NCBI GenBank assembly: GCA_001662655.1
Contig: KV460253.1
DNA: 64,000 nucleotides
Direction: 5' to 3' (one strand)
DNA from: Pseudogymnoascus verrucosus
Lineage: Eukaryota
Below, one piece after another: positions 25,775-37,648 of the stretch. A program made the position numbers and the translations under genes. Within the stretch, counting starts at the first letter, position 1. Every line of letters starts with the position of its first letter. The notes under the pieces were generated by a model. It was not told the DNA's origin. It saw only the letters and a list, made by a program, of their open reading frames with translations, and searched no databases.

Positions 25775-28357
25775 ATGGTTGACATCAGCACTACTCCGGG
25801 CAGTCAATCTGGGGAGGACGTCAACCTCGCACAGAAATCTGGAGATGTGGCCGAACATAAAGATGCATCTCTACCAGAAAAGGCCGATGGCTATTCCCTT
25901 GACGAGGAAGCTGCGCGAATCGCTGATGAAGATTTGAATCGAAAGAAGAAGCAGGTATGAGACTACTTGAAGGCGTCGCAAGCTTCTTGTATACTAATCA
26001 CGGTGCTCAGACATATAAAGGACGAATGCTCATATGGCTTGCACTCCAATCAACTGGAGTTATATACGGCGATATTGGAACTAGGTATGTATTTATTCCC
26101 CCGAAGACTCATGTGCTTCTTGAGCCCTGATTTTGTCTGCAGTCCTCTGTATGTTTACTCGTCTACCTTCTCGACTCAACCAGCCTACGATGACCTTGTT
26201 GGAGCCCTGTCTATCATCATCTGGACATTGACTCTTATGGTTACAATAAAGTATATGTTTATAGTTTTGTCAGCCGATGATGACGGAGAGGGAGGGACCT
26301 TTGCGCTATACAGTCTCTTAGCACGCTACGCCCACATCGCCCAGCGAGACCCAAACACTCAAGGTTCTCTGAAACTGGAACGTTATAATACAGGGGATAT
26401 GAAGGTTGCAAATAAGGGCATTCGGACTATGATTGAGAACTCCCAGGTCGCCAGGGTTTTCCTTAAGATTCTTGGGGTCTTGGGAGTTGCTATGGTCATG
26501 TCGTAAGTTCACACTTCTAAGGAATTTCCGGCAGGGTGAGAAGCTGATGGTCTTCAAGCGATGGTGTCCTCACTCCCGCTCAGTCTATCCTGGGAGCCAT
26601 TCAAGGCCTCAGGGTCGCACAACCAAACATTTCATCTGCTACTATCGTTGGGGTATCATGTGCTATCATCGTCGTACTTTTTTCTGTGCAACCGTTTGGA
26701 ACCTCTAAAATTGCATCCTCATTTGCACCAATCGTCATGATATGGTTGCTCTTTAATGCTTGCTGCGGTATATACAACCTAGCGAAGTTCGACCACTCAG
26801 TTCTCAAAGCCTTCAGCCCATTCTTTGCCGGTTCATTCTTGGTTCGTAATGGGACAGATGGATGGCGGACGCTGAGCGGCTTATTACTTGCCTTTACTGG
26901 AGTTGAAGCCCTCTTCGCCGATCTAGGCGCCTTTACCAAACGGGCGATCCAGCTTTCCTGGCTGTGCCTTGCATTTCCATGTCTGCTGTTGGCCTGTATG
27001 TCTTTAATTTCTATTCTTCGATCCCTGTCCTTGGATCAATTATGACTACTAACTACGATTTTTCCGCAGATATCGGTCAAGCGGCATACATCGCGCAGGA
27101 TGCTACGGAAACGGCATTCACCAACCCATTCTTCTATACAGTCATTCCAGGAACCTTCTACTTCAGTCTCGTGATAGCAGTTATGGCTACAATCGTCGCC
27201 TCGCAGGCGATGATTACAGGCGCCTTCCAGCTCCTCTCCCAGATTATGAAGATGTCATACTTCCCTCATATCAAGACTGTGCATACATCCAAGCTATTCC
27301 ATGGTCAAATTTATATGCCATTGGCGAACTGGTTACTAATGATTGGCTGTGTCATTGTCACTGCTGCGTACAGTAATGTAAGTCTGAAGAGCGAGCCACG
27401 CCGGCCACCTCACGTATTAAGACTGTGCTGATCCATGTAAAGACCACAAGAATTGGAAACGCCTATGGTGTATGCGTTATCTTTGTGACGTTTATCACAA
27501 CCTGTCTGGTCTCCCTCGTTGCAATACTTGTGTGGCGCTTCAACATCCTCATTGTCATTGCCTTCTTCCTCGTCTTCGGCGCCCTAGATGGCGCGTATCT
27601 CTCGGCAGCACTCATGAAAGTCCCTAACGGGGCCTGGTTTACCATCATGCTTGCATCTATTCTTTCATTCGTATTCGTCCTATGGCGTTTTGGGAAAGAG
27701 CAGCAATGGAGTGCAGAAAGGGAAGATCGTTTCCAGCCTTCGCATCTGCTATCTTCGACTGACAACGGCGATGTCAAACTCACCGCAGCTTACGGTGGTA
27801 GTATTGTCTCGAAAACCCCAGGTATAGGCATCTTCTTCGATAAAACTGGCGATATGGTCCCCATCGTATTCGCACAATTTGTGAGAAAATTCAGTGCCCG
27901 GCCAGAGATAATTATCTTCTTTCATATGCGCCCTCTATCCATGCCCTCAATCCCGGAATCCGAAAGGTTCGTCATCCAGCGTACTTTGATTCCGGGCTGC
28001 TATCGCATCACTGTACGACATGGCTATATGGATTCAATCGTCTCTCCTGATCTTGGGCAGCTTCTTGTCGGGCAACTAACTTCATTCATAACCCGCGGCA
28101 ACTCGTCGAATACATCACTTACAGAGTATCCTCCGGCTGTTCAGAGGGAACTCGATGCTCTAAGTAGCGCTTCACAGTCACAACTGGTGTATGTGATGGG
28201 CAAGGAAGAGATGAAGATTAAACATGGGACAAATATTTTCAGAAGGGTGCTTTTGGCGATGTTCTTGTGGTTGAGGGAGAATAGTAGGACAAAGATGGCG
28301 GATGTAAATATCCCGACTGATAGCTTAGTTGAAATGGGCTTTGTGAAGGAAATTTAG
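25775..28357 (+). CDS. HAK1: HAK/KUP/KT high-affinity K+ transporter, multi-exon
   Basis: GVIYGDIGTS|PLYVY split by an intron, DDGEGGTFALYSL, DGVLTPAQS, LLAFTGVEALFADLG, GQIYMP, C-terminal VEMGFVKEI. Confidence 0.93.
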
Positions 28358-28701
28358 ATGCCGTGGGGTTTTCGTGTAGGTATATACCAGCGGAGATCGT
28401 ACGTTAGGTTTGAATTCAATCTGTCCTGAGGTCATGTAATATTGTCTAGGCGCGTGATTCCAGCTGATCAAATCTCCCGATCCAGCATTTTGTTCATTTT
28501 TGTTTTGGTGACCATAGTGTGTGATTACGTAGGGTCACAGGGAGAGTAGAAACCACCAGGAGCAGATATTCGAATCGAACCAATGTATAACCGCTCTCCC
28601 TTTTCGTTTCGTTTTATATGGTAGGTCGATGCAGATCTCGATCCCTTGGACTCCCCTTCTGATCATGATTGGATTATAACAATTCAGGCTCGGCTTACGC
28701 C

Positions 28702-29527
28702 TTAACGAAGAAGTCGAGCTGGTCTAGGAAGCGCTAGGACAAAGCTTAGAGATGAAAAGGCCTCTTGTAACGGTTTTCTACTGTAAACGTTTGAGTTAGC
28801 CAGACTGTCACTGTTCCTGGCACTCTTGAGTACTCTTGAATACTTTGCCAACGGGAGATGGCTTACCATAATGGGCATGTTCCACTCTTATTTAAGAGCC
28901 ACGGATCGATACAGCGTTGGTGATAGATGTGATTGCAAGGCAGTATGCGAACGTTCTCGTTCTCAGCGAAACTCTCTATGCAAATAGAGCAGGTGGCAGG
29001 ATCAATGGACGACCCAGATTGACCTCCGGTCTGCAACGCGCTGCCTTTTGATTTGCACTCGTTCGTGCTACCCATTACTGCTGCTTCAGTCTGTATAGTC
29101 CGCTTCTTCTCTCCTTTTATCGCTGGTTGGAGCTGTCTTCGCGGCGAATAGGTATTCCAGGCAGACTCATTCGCATGGCCATGTCTTTGCTGTTTCGGTA
29201 GCAGCCCCGTGTTATATCTCATGACTGGTAATGAGTCTAGGAGGGACGTTCGAATTTCTTTTTGAATGCTCTCTTCTTCGCGCCTTCGATGGTTTGATAC
29301 AGAAGCAGGGGCGGTGACAATAGGTCGTACTCGATTCATGTACCTAACAACGACTATAATAATTACGACCATTGCTCCGACAATGGCTATCGAGATACCC
29401 ACTTTGCTCTTGTTTTCAGTGGTGCTACCTTGCGTATCGGTTCCTTGCGTATTGGTTGCTAGAATTAAGTCAAAACCACATGTTTGACTAGACTATGAGA
29501 TTGGCAAGACTTACTCGCCACTGGCAT
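28702..29527 (-). CDS. Single-pass membrane RING-H2 E3 ubiquitin ligase (ATL/RNF-like), 3 exons
   Basis: Hydrophobic ISIAIVGAMVVIIIVVV segment; CSICIESF...VRILPCNHIYHQRCIDPWL...TCPL|C completed across a GTAAG...CTAAC...CAG intron; 13-nt first exon at 29527. Confidence 0.75.
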
Positions 29528-31051
29528 ATTGTGCAGCGTCAGGTCCACCCTTACTTAGAGCTCACAATGGGCTCGGACTGCAATGCTTCGCATTCTGTCA
29601 TAGGGGCGTGTAGCGCTCATAGATGTGTAAAATAGCATTGATCTACCTTCTACGGCAACATAGACACTACCAACGTATTATATTCGAGCATATCAAGGCT
29701 TGCTGGGCGTATTCACGTTCCTCGCATATTTTGAAGTCACATCAGTCAAAAACATGTGAGGATTCATCACTCGGTGACGAGATCAGATTGGAGTAGGCCA
29801 AAATGCCTCAAGTCGCTCATTACTCTCAGGAGCGAGCGACCTAGAATTGGAAATTATGCCATGTGCAAGTAGCCATGAACACGAGCACTCGGGTCGCGCA
29901 TCCATAACTCCCGTTCATTTCATTTACTTCCCCACAAAGCTTTGGCATTCTCCTCACACAGTTGGGTGGTAGCAGCGTTCACTATGGAGCAGTTTGATGC
30001 ACTTCTTTACGGTAAGCCGTGATACATGTCGCGCCAACCCCCTAATTCAGGGATGTGCAGGTCAGGCTAAAGAAGCATCCCGTTCATACATCGTTTATGT
30101 GAACCCACAGCTCAGGCCCAACCAACAAACGTCTTCCATGGTTAGAACTGAGGTATTTAATCCTCCTCCAGTCTGGATGCTGGAACTCTATTTTGTCAAT
30201 TGGTATAAGGTAACAATTATATAAGACCAAGATGTGGATGTCACCAGCTCCTTTGCTGTGGGGGTTACTGCGACTGACTAGCAATGGGTAACGGTATATG
30301 TGTACATGGCAGATGATGCTGTGTCAATCCTTCCTCCTTGCAATGGCCATGATAGCCTTTTAAAAGGAAGTTCTTTGCCATCAGAACGAAAATATTGAGT
30401 ATACTTGGAGAGAAGCTGGCATTATTCCAGAATGGCATTATTCCATTTAGTCATTTAGTCGTCAGAAAGTGCCCCGTACGGCTGATGGACCGTCAACCCC
30501 ATCATCCTTAAACCGAGGTGACTGATAACTACCCGTTTACAGCAGCACCTCGCTCATCCCGCATAGAGAGAAATTAGCGTGGGCGAAAATACCTCGCCAT
30601 TAAAAGTTCCCAAGCTTATAGTTCAGGCACACCAAACGAACCAATCAGAGCCGGTTTTTCAAGTTTTATCAGGGGCAAGTTTCTAGGTACGGAAGCGAGA
30701 CCAATCTTTTTCAGCCACTTTCCAAGTCGTGGGGGAATGTCTAGATCCCTCAACCATAGCGTTCTCGAAGCTTGGTAAAGCACATGGGAGCGTACACCAC
30801 GATGACGAAATGGCGAAGACGTAACAGAAATCGAAAATCCTCCGGCCATTAGTATTTGTGGATGGTAATTTCGAGAGGAAGAAAAGAGAGCAAAACACTA
30901 AGAATACCTTATTAAGGTGTTCTCCCTATGGTGGTGCATAATAAAAAGCCTCGGCACAATTACATCCCTTTTTGATAGACAAAGACAGCACGCCAACTCT
31001 CATCTATCATTTATTTCCTAGAATCAGGGCGATTCTACCTCTTCACCCATA

Positions 31052-31990
31052 ATGGCTGGCCCGGATTACTATGCCCCAAAGGACGCCGATGCGGATCAAG
31101 ATCTAGAGAGCGATGAGAAGCAGGCATGCATTAGATTCCACGATCGTTCTGATGATGTAGCAACGCAAACTAGCGCCGGCCATCGAAAGCGTAGGATGTC
31201 TCGAGACAGCATCCGCCGACGAAGCATGTCAGCCGCCAATACTGGCATCCCTTTGGAATTCCAAACACTATCCATTGGCCTCTCGGAATCGAAACAAATT
31301 TCGCATGACGATGACAAAAAGGAAAAGCTCAAATCCGAGGAACTTGATTACTTTGCGGGTCTTAATTTCCACTCCCTCGCACCGGACCAAGTCTTATAGA
31401 CCTTGAATACCTCGGAAAAGCATGGCTTGGACGCTACAACAGCAGCAGCGAGTCTTGAACGCGACGGCACGAACACGTTACCAAAAGTCCGCGATCAGTA
31501 CTGGCGCAAAATATTTTGGTATATCTTCGGCGGGTTCTGTTTAGTGCTGTGGTTTGGTGTTATTGTCTTCTTCCTCTGCTGGCAGCCCTTGAGCTCCCCT
31601 CCATCGATTCCAAATTTGGCAATGGCAATTGTAGTCATTATTGTCATTCTTCTTCAAGCATCCTTCTCGGCCTTCCAAAACTGGTCTACTAGGCGCGTTA
31701 TGAACTCGATTTTAGACCTGCTCTCTGCTAAAGCTATAGTGGTCTGCAACGGTCAGCCTAAAAAGATGCTAGTAATAGAACTTGTAGTTAGCGACATTAT
31801 GTAGATATTAATTAGAAATAAGGTGCCTGCGGATTTACAACTTCTTAGCACGTTAGGAGATGTTTGCTTTAATCAGTCTATCTTAATAGGAACTATTATT
31901 GCTTTTATTCTAGAGGGTCTGCCTATAGGAGTGGCTTTAACTCTTATAATAGTTGTAAATTAAATAAAGGCTACTAATATCCTTCTTAAG
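31052..31990 (+). pseudogene. Truncated, internally deleted, RIP-damaged second ACU-type P-type ATPase
   Basis: YIFGGFCLVLWFG...NLAMAIVVIIVILLQASFSAFQNWST, NKVPAD, AFILEGLP (=AFIPEGLP); in-frame stops at 31397, 31802 and near 31961; stops before the DKTGT motif. Confidence 0.88.
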
Positions 31991-32317
31991 GGGAGTGTTA
32001 ATGCCTTTAAGGGAAAGTTTAAAGAAACGTTACTAGGTCTTTAGGGTAGTGGCTAGGGCTAGCTAGTATAGGATGTTAAGACTAATCTCCTTAAAATTAT
32101 AACTAGTAAAGATTAAGACATTATGCCTAAGGGTAAGAAGCTGCTACTTAGAGTAGATATATAGGAGCATATATACTATCTCTAGTACTTTAATAACAAG
32201 AAAGAATATGTTACTAGCATCTAGAACGTAATTAATTAGACTGTAGTAGAGAAGCAGCTTAGGAGCAACACTAACACTATCTTTAGTGTTGTTAGCACTC
32301 TTATAGTAAATTTATAG
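31991..32317 (+). pseudogene. RIP-damaged Fe/Mn superoxide dismutase C-terminal domain
   Basis: Translates LLGL*GSG*G*LV...SKD*D...LLRVDI*EHIYYL*YFNNKKEYVTSI*NVIN*; reverting TAG/TAA to TGG/CAG/CAA gives the QGSGWGW and DxWEHxYYLQY signatures of Fe/Mn SOD. Confidence 0.88.
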
Positions 32318-33560
32318 TTAAGCTACATACTACTACTAGCATCACTATTTAGCAGACGACTAGCTAGACTTTTTTAAGTAATTAAGGGCTAAAGATTTCA
32401 CATGGTCTAGGTTATAGAATATTAATTAGTCTAAACTAGCTCGAATCCCGCCCCCTATTGTTTATATTTCTAGCACGTGCTTTTTAGTCCTCTCTTAGGC
32501 CTGCCTTAACCTAATCTAAAAATTTCACCTTAACATAGACTAGTAATGATTATGCGTAAGTGTTTAATCCTAGAGCTGTTAACCTTAGCCTCCTATATAG
32601 TAATTTATAGCATGTAGTCGTAACGCTAACCCTACGTAACCTATTATCACGCTACATTAGCCTACTAAAACTTGCTTAAACGTTCTCTAAATTCCTTCTA
32701 CTAACTAAAAACACAGGAAGGCAAGAATTGTCATTATTCACTTTCAACATTAGGCAACGTCCCTAAAAATTATTCAGTCTTCGTCCTATATTGCCTTTAA
32801 TAAGACCAGCCTAGCAAATGGTGCAGATAAAGAAACTAATGGCTTAACCTCGCCATTCTGTTATGTAAGCCCCATAGTCTATATCATGGCTTCCCCTGCA
32901 TTTCAGATTAGAACCATCATTAAAGCGGCACTTGTAGTCGTAAATCTTGTTTTGTTTTCCTACAGATACCCTAACGCATCACAAACAGCCCTATAGGAGG
33001 AAGGAGGGAGCTAAGGATTCAATTTAGACCTAAAGATTTAGATATATTTCTACGTAAACTATTTAAAACCTCCTAAGATCCCCTTTATATAGTCCTAAGA
33101 GTAAGTGAAGAAGTAGTTCAGCCCTTTAGAAGCAGTTAGTAGTAGGGTTAGAGTCGTCACGTTTGTCTAATAAAATCATAGGTTCACTGACTCCAACCTT
33201 AGTGTTTCAATTCTCACCCTGTTACTTTTCATGACACAGACGAGCGTTAGATACGTAGGTGGCACAAACAAATGTACTGAATTCTTCTTGCAGTGCTATC
33301 TCTTCTTTTTTTAGATCTTGTGTCTTGCTTGGCAACAATCGCTAGACTATTCCGACGGGCAACACCCAAGTCGCCTTCCATGGTATTTAACGCACACCTA
33401 CGGTGTAGCACAGTTAGCGAACCAGACAGTCTGCCGTATAGCACAAGCTTCCTTTAGATTTAGCATTATCACTACATAAGGTCTTAGACAGCACTATACT
33501 CTTTGTAGGCTTACTAAGACTATTAAGCAGATTATTTTATAGATCCTTGATCTATATAAC
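32318..33560. other. AT-rich, TpA-rich RIP-degraded repeat/relic region, origin not identifiable
   Basis: Visible excess of TA/TAG and loss of CA/TG in patches; no long ORFs. Confidence 0.55.
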
Positions 33561-34041
33561 GGCGGCGTGCGAAGGCAATATTTTTCTTAGCAAACGCGAA
33601 CGAACGAAGACCAAGACCAACCCTTTAGAGCGGAATGTCTATAATACACCAAATGAGATGGATTTAATAAACGAGCAGTTCAGAGACGATTGTCCTCTAA
33701 TGCATCATTTAAACATTTGATCAGAAGGTTCTTGTTAGGGTTCATGATGATATAATCGGAACATTAGGGACACAATGCGAGAAATTGAAGATATATATTA
33801 TCTGGGTTGAATAACCCGAAGTCCTGCACAAATATCCAAACCTATCTTACTATGAACGGCCCATGATTAGCATTTCAAGGACAAGTCATGGAGATTCCAG
33901 GCGCTAGCATCACAAGAAACAAATCCTTAACGCCTGCATACGATTAAAAGAGTGGACACGCAAAGTTTAAGTTCAGATCCCTGCTGCGGCTTTGCTCTGG
34001 AATTATTATGACAAACATCTGCTGAATATAGACGGATCATC

Positions 34042-36262
34042 TCATGCCCACGAGAAGTGCTCTGAATGCAAATAGACCCCACCGGACTTGGACCCTTTGA
34101 GGATATTTAAGTTCTCCTCTGCGACGGCATTCCGTACATCGTTCTGCATCGTGGCAGGCCCACAGACGAAGACGCTCAGCGATTGGCCTGCTTCCGCCGC
34201 CCGCGTTCCCTCTTCGTGGACGATCAGCGGCAGCTCTGGTCGACCGTAGAGCTCGTTGCCCGGCACAGTGACCTGTTGTCCCTCAGCCTTGACATTGATA
34301 TTTTTTGATGATGAGGCAGATTCGCTCAAAATCGTTGCATTGTCTACTGTCTTTGGCATGTGGACATCCCGTTCCGCTTCGCCAGTTAGGTACATTTGGA
34401 CATCGATATCGAACGAAGAATGCGGTGTTGAGTGTTTGGAAAGCAGCTCGCCCACAGCTCGGAGGAACCATGTACGGGTGCTAGCATCACGCGTTGCGAG
34501 AATAACGCGCAGTGAGAGAGGCCCAGACAAGCTGCGTTCGCGATGGCCACCGTCAGGCTGTGTCTCACTGTCCTCAGTCTCTGTGTCTTTCCCCTGCTCT
34601 TCATCAGCAGCTGTAGAGTTCCATCTATGGAACAGCTCAATGAACGGCAGAATCCAGCCGGCGCCTGAGCCGCCTGCAACGACGAGGAGACGATCCCCTT
34701 GGATATATCTTTGCATATTGATTCCTCCATAGGGACCGTCGACATGCACAGGTACAGAGGCACCAGGCTGTTTTAAAGCATGACTGTAAAGCTTCTCGGT
34801 AAGGCCACGCTGGTGGCGAATGTAAAACACGAGCTCGGACTTTTCATTTGGCCGCGCCGAGGGTAGGGAACAGATGGTAAACGGATGAGACGAAAAGGCT
34901 TGGAAGCCGAAGCTTGTGAAGCGTAGGAAACAGTGTTGTCCGGGTTTCCACCTCATATTGACGGACGGGATCGTAATGCGCGTAAAGCCATTATCTTCCA
35001 CGTGAACATATGCTTTTTGGGTGAAGCCGTACTCGAAGCAGGTCCTGAGCCAGGGATAGACGAGACAGGGAACGTATACGGCCGCTGTCGCTATGAAGTA
35101 GTGCCTGTAAAAACATCAACGTCTGCAACAAAGGCTGACCAGACGGCTGGTTGGTCTTACCAAGACGTGAGAGTATAGTCGCAATGCCAGAAAAAAACTA
35201 TCATAAAAATAACAACGGCGAAGAGATGCGTCGCCTTGAAGAGTTCGTAGCCGAGGTTTCTAAGCGCTACATCAGCCATGTCTTCAGAAGGATTGCATTT
35301 TCTGCATTTCGTCCATAACTTACCGAATCACACTGTGGGATGCAAAGGTAAGCCAAGCCTGGAAAACAAGCGCAACGATGCCAGTCCAGTAAAATAAAGT
35401 CCCCATCTCCACTTGCATGACCATATCATGGAACCGGATGTGATAGACGATAAATGGGAAGGTGTGCATGAGCGCAAGGAGGAAGAAGGCATAGGAGGTC
35501 CATCGGTGGAACACTTGGAGCTTCTCATGGGAAACTCCCGTGAGGAGCGTGATCCAGTTCGTCTTAGTCGCGGTCGCGCTGTAGAGTGTTAGTGCTTTGA
35601 AGAATGCCAGTGTGCTTGAGTGACGTACAAGACAAACGGCATGCATGCCAGAGCCATCCATCCTGATCTGGTTCCCAATGGTGGTGAACCACCAAAATCC
35701 AAACTTGACCAGTAGTAGGGCTGGGGAATTAAGTCCATACCTGCCGTGCCATCGTATTAGTCTTGATTTATTCGTATGTAATTCGTATGTGTAGCTCACA
35801 GAAGAAGTAAACAGCCCCAACAGCTCCTAATAGCAAAAGTCCAATCGGTGCCGAGTTCCATCGCAGGGCCTTTACGTAGAAGCCACGATATGACAAGTAT
35901 CGAACCGCGGCGATCAACTTCTGCCATATGGGGGGGCCTCGGAACTTGCGATATCCCAACACTTGGGAGGATATAACGTGGCCAATGATAGAAATACCCA
36001 GGGCGGTCATGAAGAACGCTATTGTTGGCAGCGCGTAGACATAGTCAGCAATGTACCTAATTGAAATCCCGTTAATTGACTGTAAATGTAGTTGATATGG
36101 TCTTCTGAACTGAACGGTAGAAGTTTCGAAAGTCTCTTACCAAAAGTGCCATCGCTGCTGATAGAATTCGCATTGCTCCGGCGTGAACCCGGATCCGTCA
36201 CAAGTGAAGTCACGACTCCCAGTCAGTTGAAGGGGAGCAGTGAGCCAGGCGGCACTATCCAT
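34042..36262 (-). CDS. Ferric/cupric reductase (FRE family), multi-exon
   Basis: Start MDSAAWLTAPLQL at 36262; heme His motifs QVFHRW...LMHTFPF and FKATH...FFWHC; HPFTI FAD motif, VDGPYG, AGGSGAG, FVCGP, C-terminal HSEHFSW. Confidence 0.9.
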
Positions 36263-36745
36263 GGCGATTAATTATCCAGGAATGTGATGGCCTCTTCATC
36301 CACGTCGTGCTCTTCGTCTTGTGTTCCAAGAAGATCCAAGAAGATCCAAGGCGAAAGTTCGGCCAAGCTTCGCATGCGATGATAGGATGGGGATGGGGAT
36401 GGGGATAGACCAGTATACGGCTCGAGACTTATTCTTTCTCAAGCCGTGGACTGGTCTCAGCTCAGAGCTAAAATCGGTGGATCTGCGCCTGGGGTGCATG
36501 TTGGGTGCTGTCTTGGGGCGTCTGGGGTGTGCGTCTGGGTTCACAGCGCATGTTGCGGGAGCTCCTTCCCATCCGCGCCTTCCCATTATTTCCCCCCAGG
36601 CTCGAGCCCTGTGATGAAAAGCAGGCGCAAAGAGGCGCAATCTCATTTGTCGAATTCAGTAACCCACAGGGTAGCAATGGGGATCGCGGATCGCTAAGAT
36701 AATCCGAAAAAATACGCGTTGTGGTGATTGGCCCATGTCCACCCT

Positions 36746-36783
36746 AATCTGCTCAAAAGTTGAGGCGAACTTTTGAGCAGATT
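36746..36783. promoter_or_regulatory. Perfect 16-bp inverted repeat with two copper-response-element-like TCTGCTCA sites in the FRE-CTR bidirectional promoter
   Basis: AATCTGCTCAAAAGTT-gaggcg-AACTTTTGAGCAGATT; core resembles Mac1-type TTTGCTCA/TGTGCTCA sites. Confidence 0.7.
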
Positions 36784-37070
36784 TGAGCTAGTTTGCGTTT
36801 GCATGGGATGAAAATAGGAGGACTGGCATCGTAAAGGGCATCGTAAAAGGGAGCAGGGGATCAGGGGAGTGTCCCTTCAACATTTTGCTTCTGCTGATAG
36901 CCTAGTGTTCTAGGCATTCGCTCGCATTTCAGTCGTTCATTCCTCGGACAATGGACCACTTGTGCACATCGCGGTCAAGATATTTCGAGCTCTGTTCTTG
37001 ACAATCTCTCGGTCTCTCCACGGCTCGCAGCATAATAAATACACACAAATACACACGCCAAATCGCCAAG

Positions 37071-37648
37071 ATGGACATGAGCTCGATGGACATGATCATG
37101 GCCAGCTCAACAGGGAGCTCCTCCCTGTCCATGTCGACATCGCCCTCCGACACGACGACGATGGCTGACATGGATCCAATGACCATGGTGTTCTTCACGT
37201 CGACAGGCACTTCTCTCTGGTCGTCGACATTCACGCCGAGCACGACAGGACAGTATGCAGGGATCTGCATATTCCTCATAGCGTTTGCGACCATCTTCCG
37301 GCTTCTGCTAGCATTCCGGGCCAACTTCTTCGAAATCATGGCCGCCGCCGAGCAGCGCCGCAATGGGGGCCTGTTGCACCCATATGCGACCGATGCCAAA
37401 TCGAAGGCTCGTCCGTGGAGAGCGAGTGAAGCGGTGATGATGGCATCCATGGACGTCATGATTGCGGGTGTGGGCTATCTACTGTCAGTGCGAAATGTCG
37501 TGTCGAGTCTTGGTACGGCGGCTAACCTCGTCATAGCATGCTCGCGGTGATGACTCTGAATGTTGGCTATTTCCTGTCAATACTTGCTGGCGTTTTCCTG
37601 GGGAGCATGGTCTGTGGTCGCTTTATAGGCAACTCTGCGGCGCACTGA
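37071..37648 (+). CDS. CTR-family high-affinity copper transporter, 2 exons
   Basis: Met-rich N-terminus, MVFFTSTGTSLWS...GQYAGICIFL, GYLL|MLAVMT (MxxxM) and GxxxG in the last TM after a GTCAGT...CTAAC...TAG intron. Confidence 0.92.
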
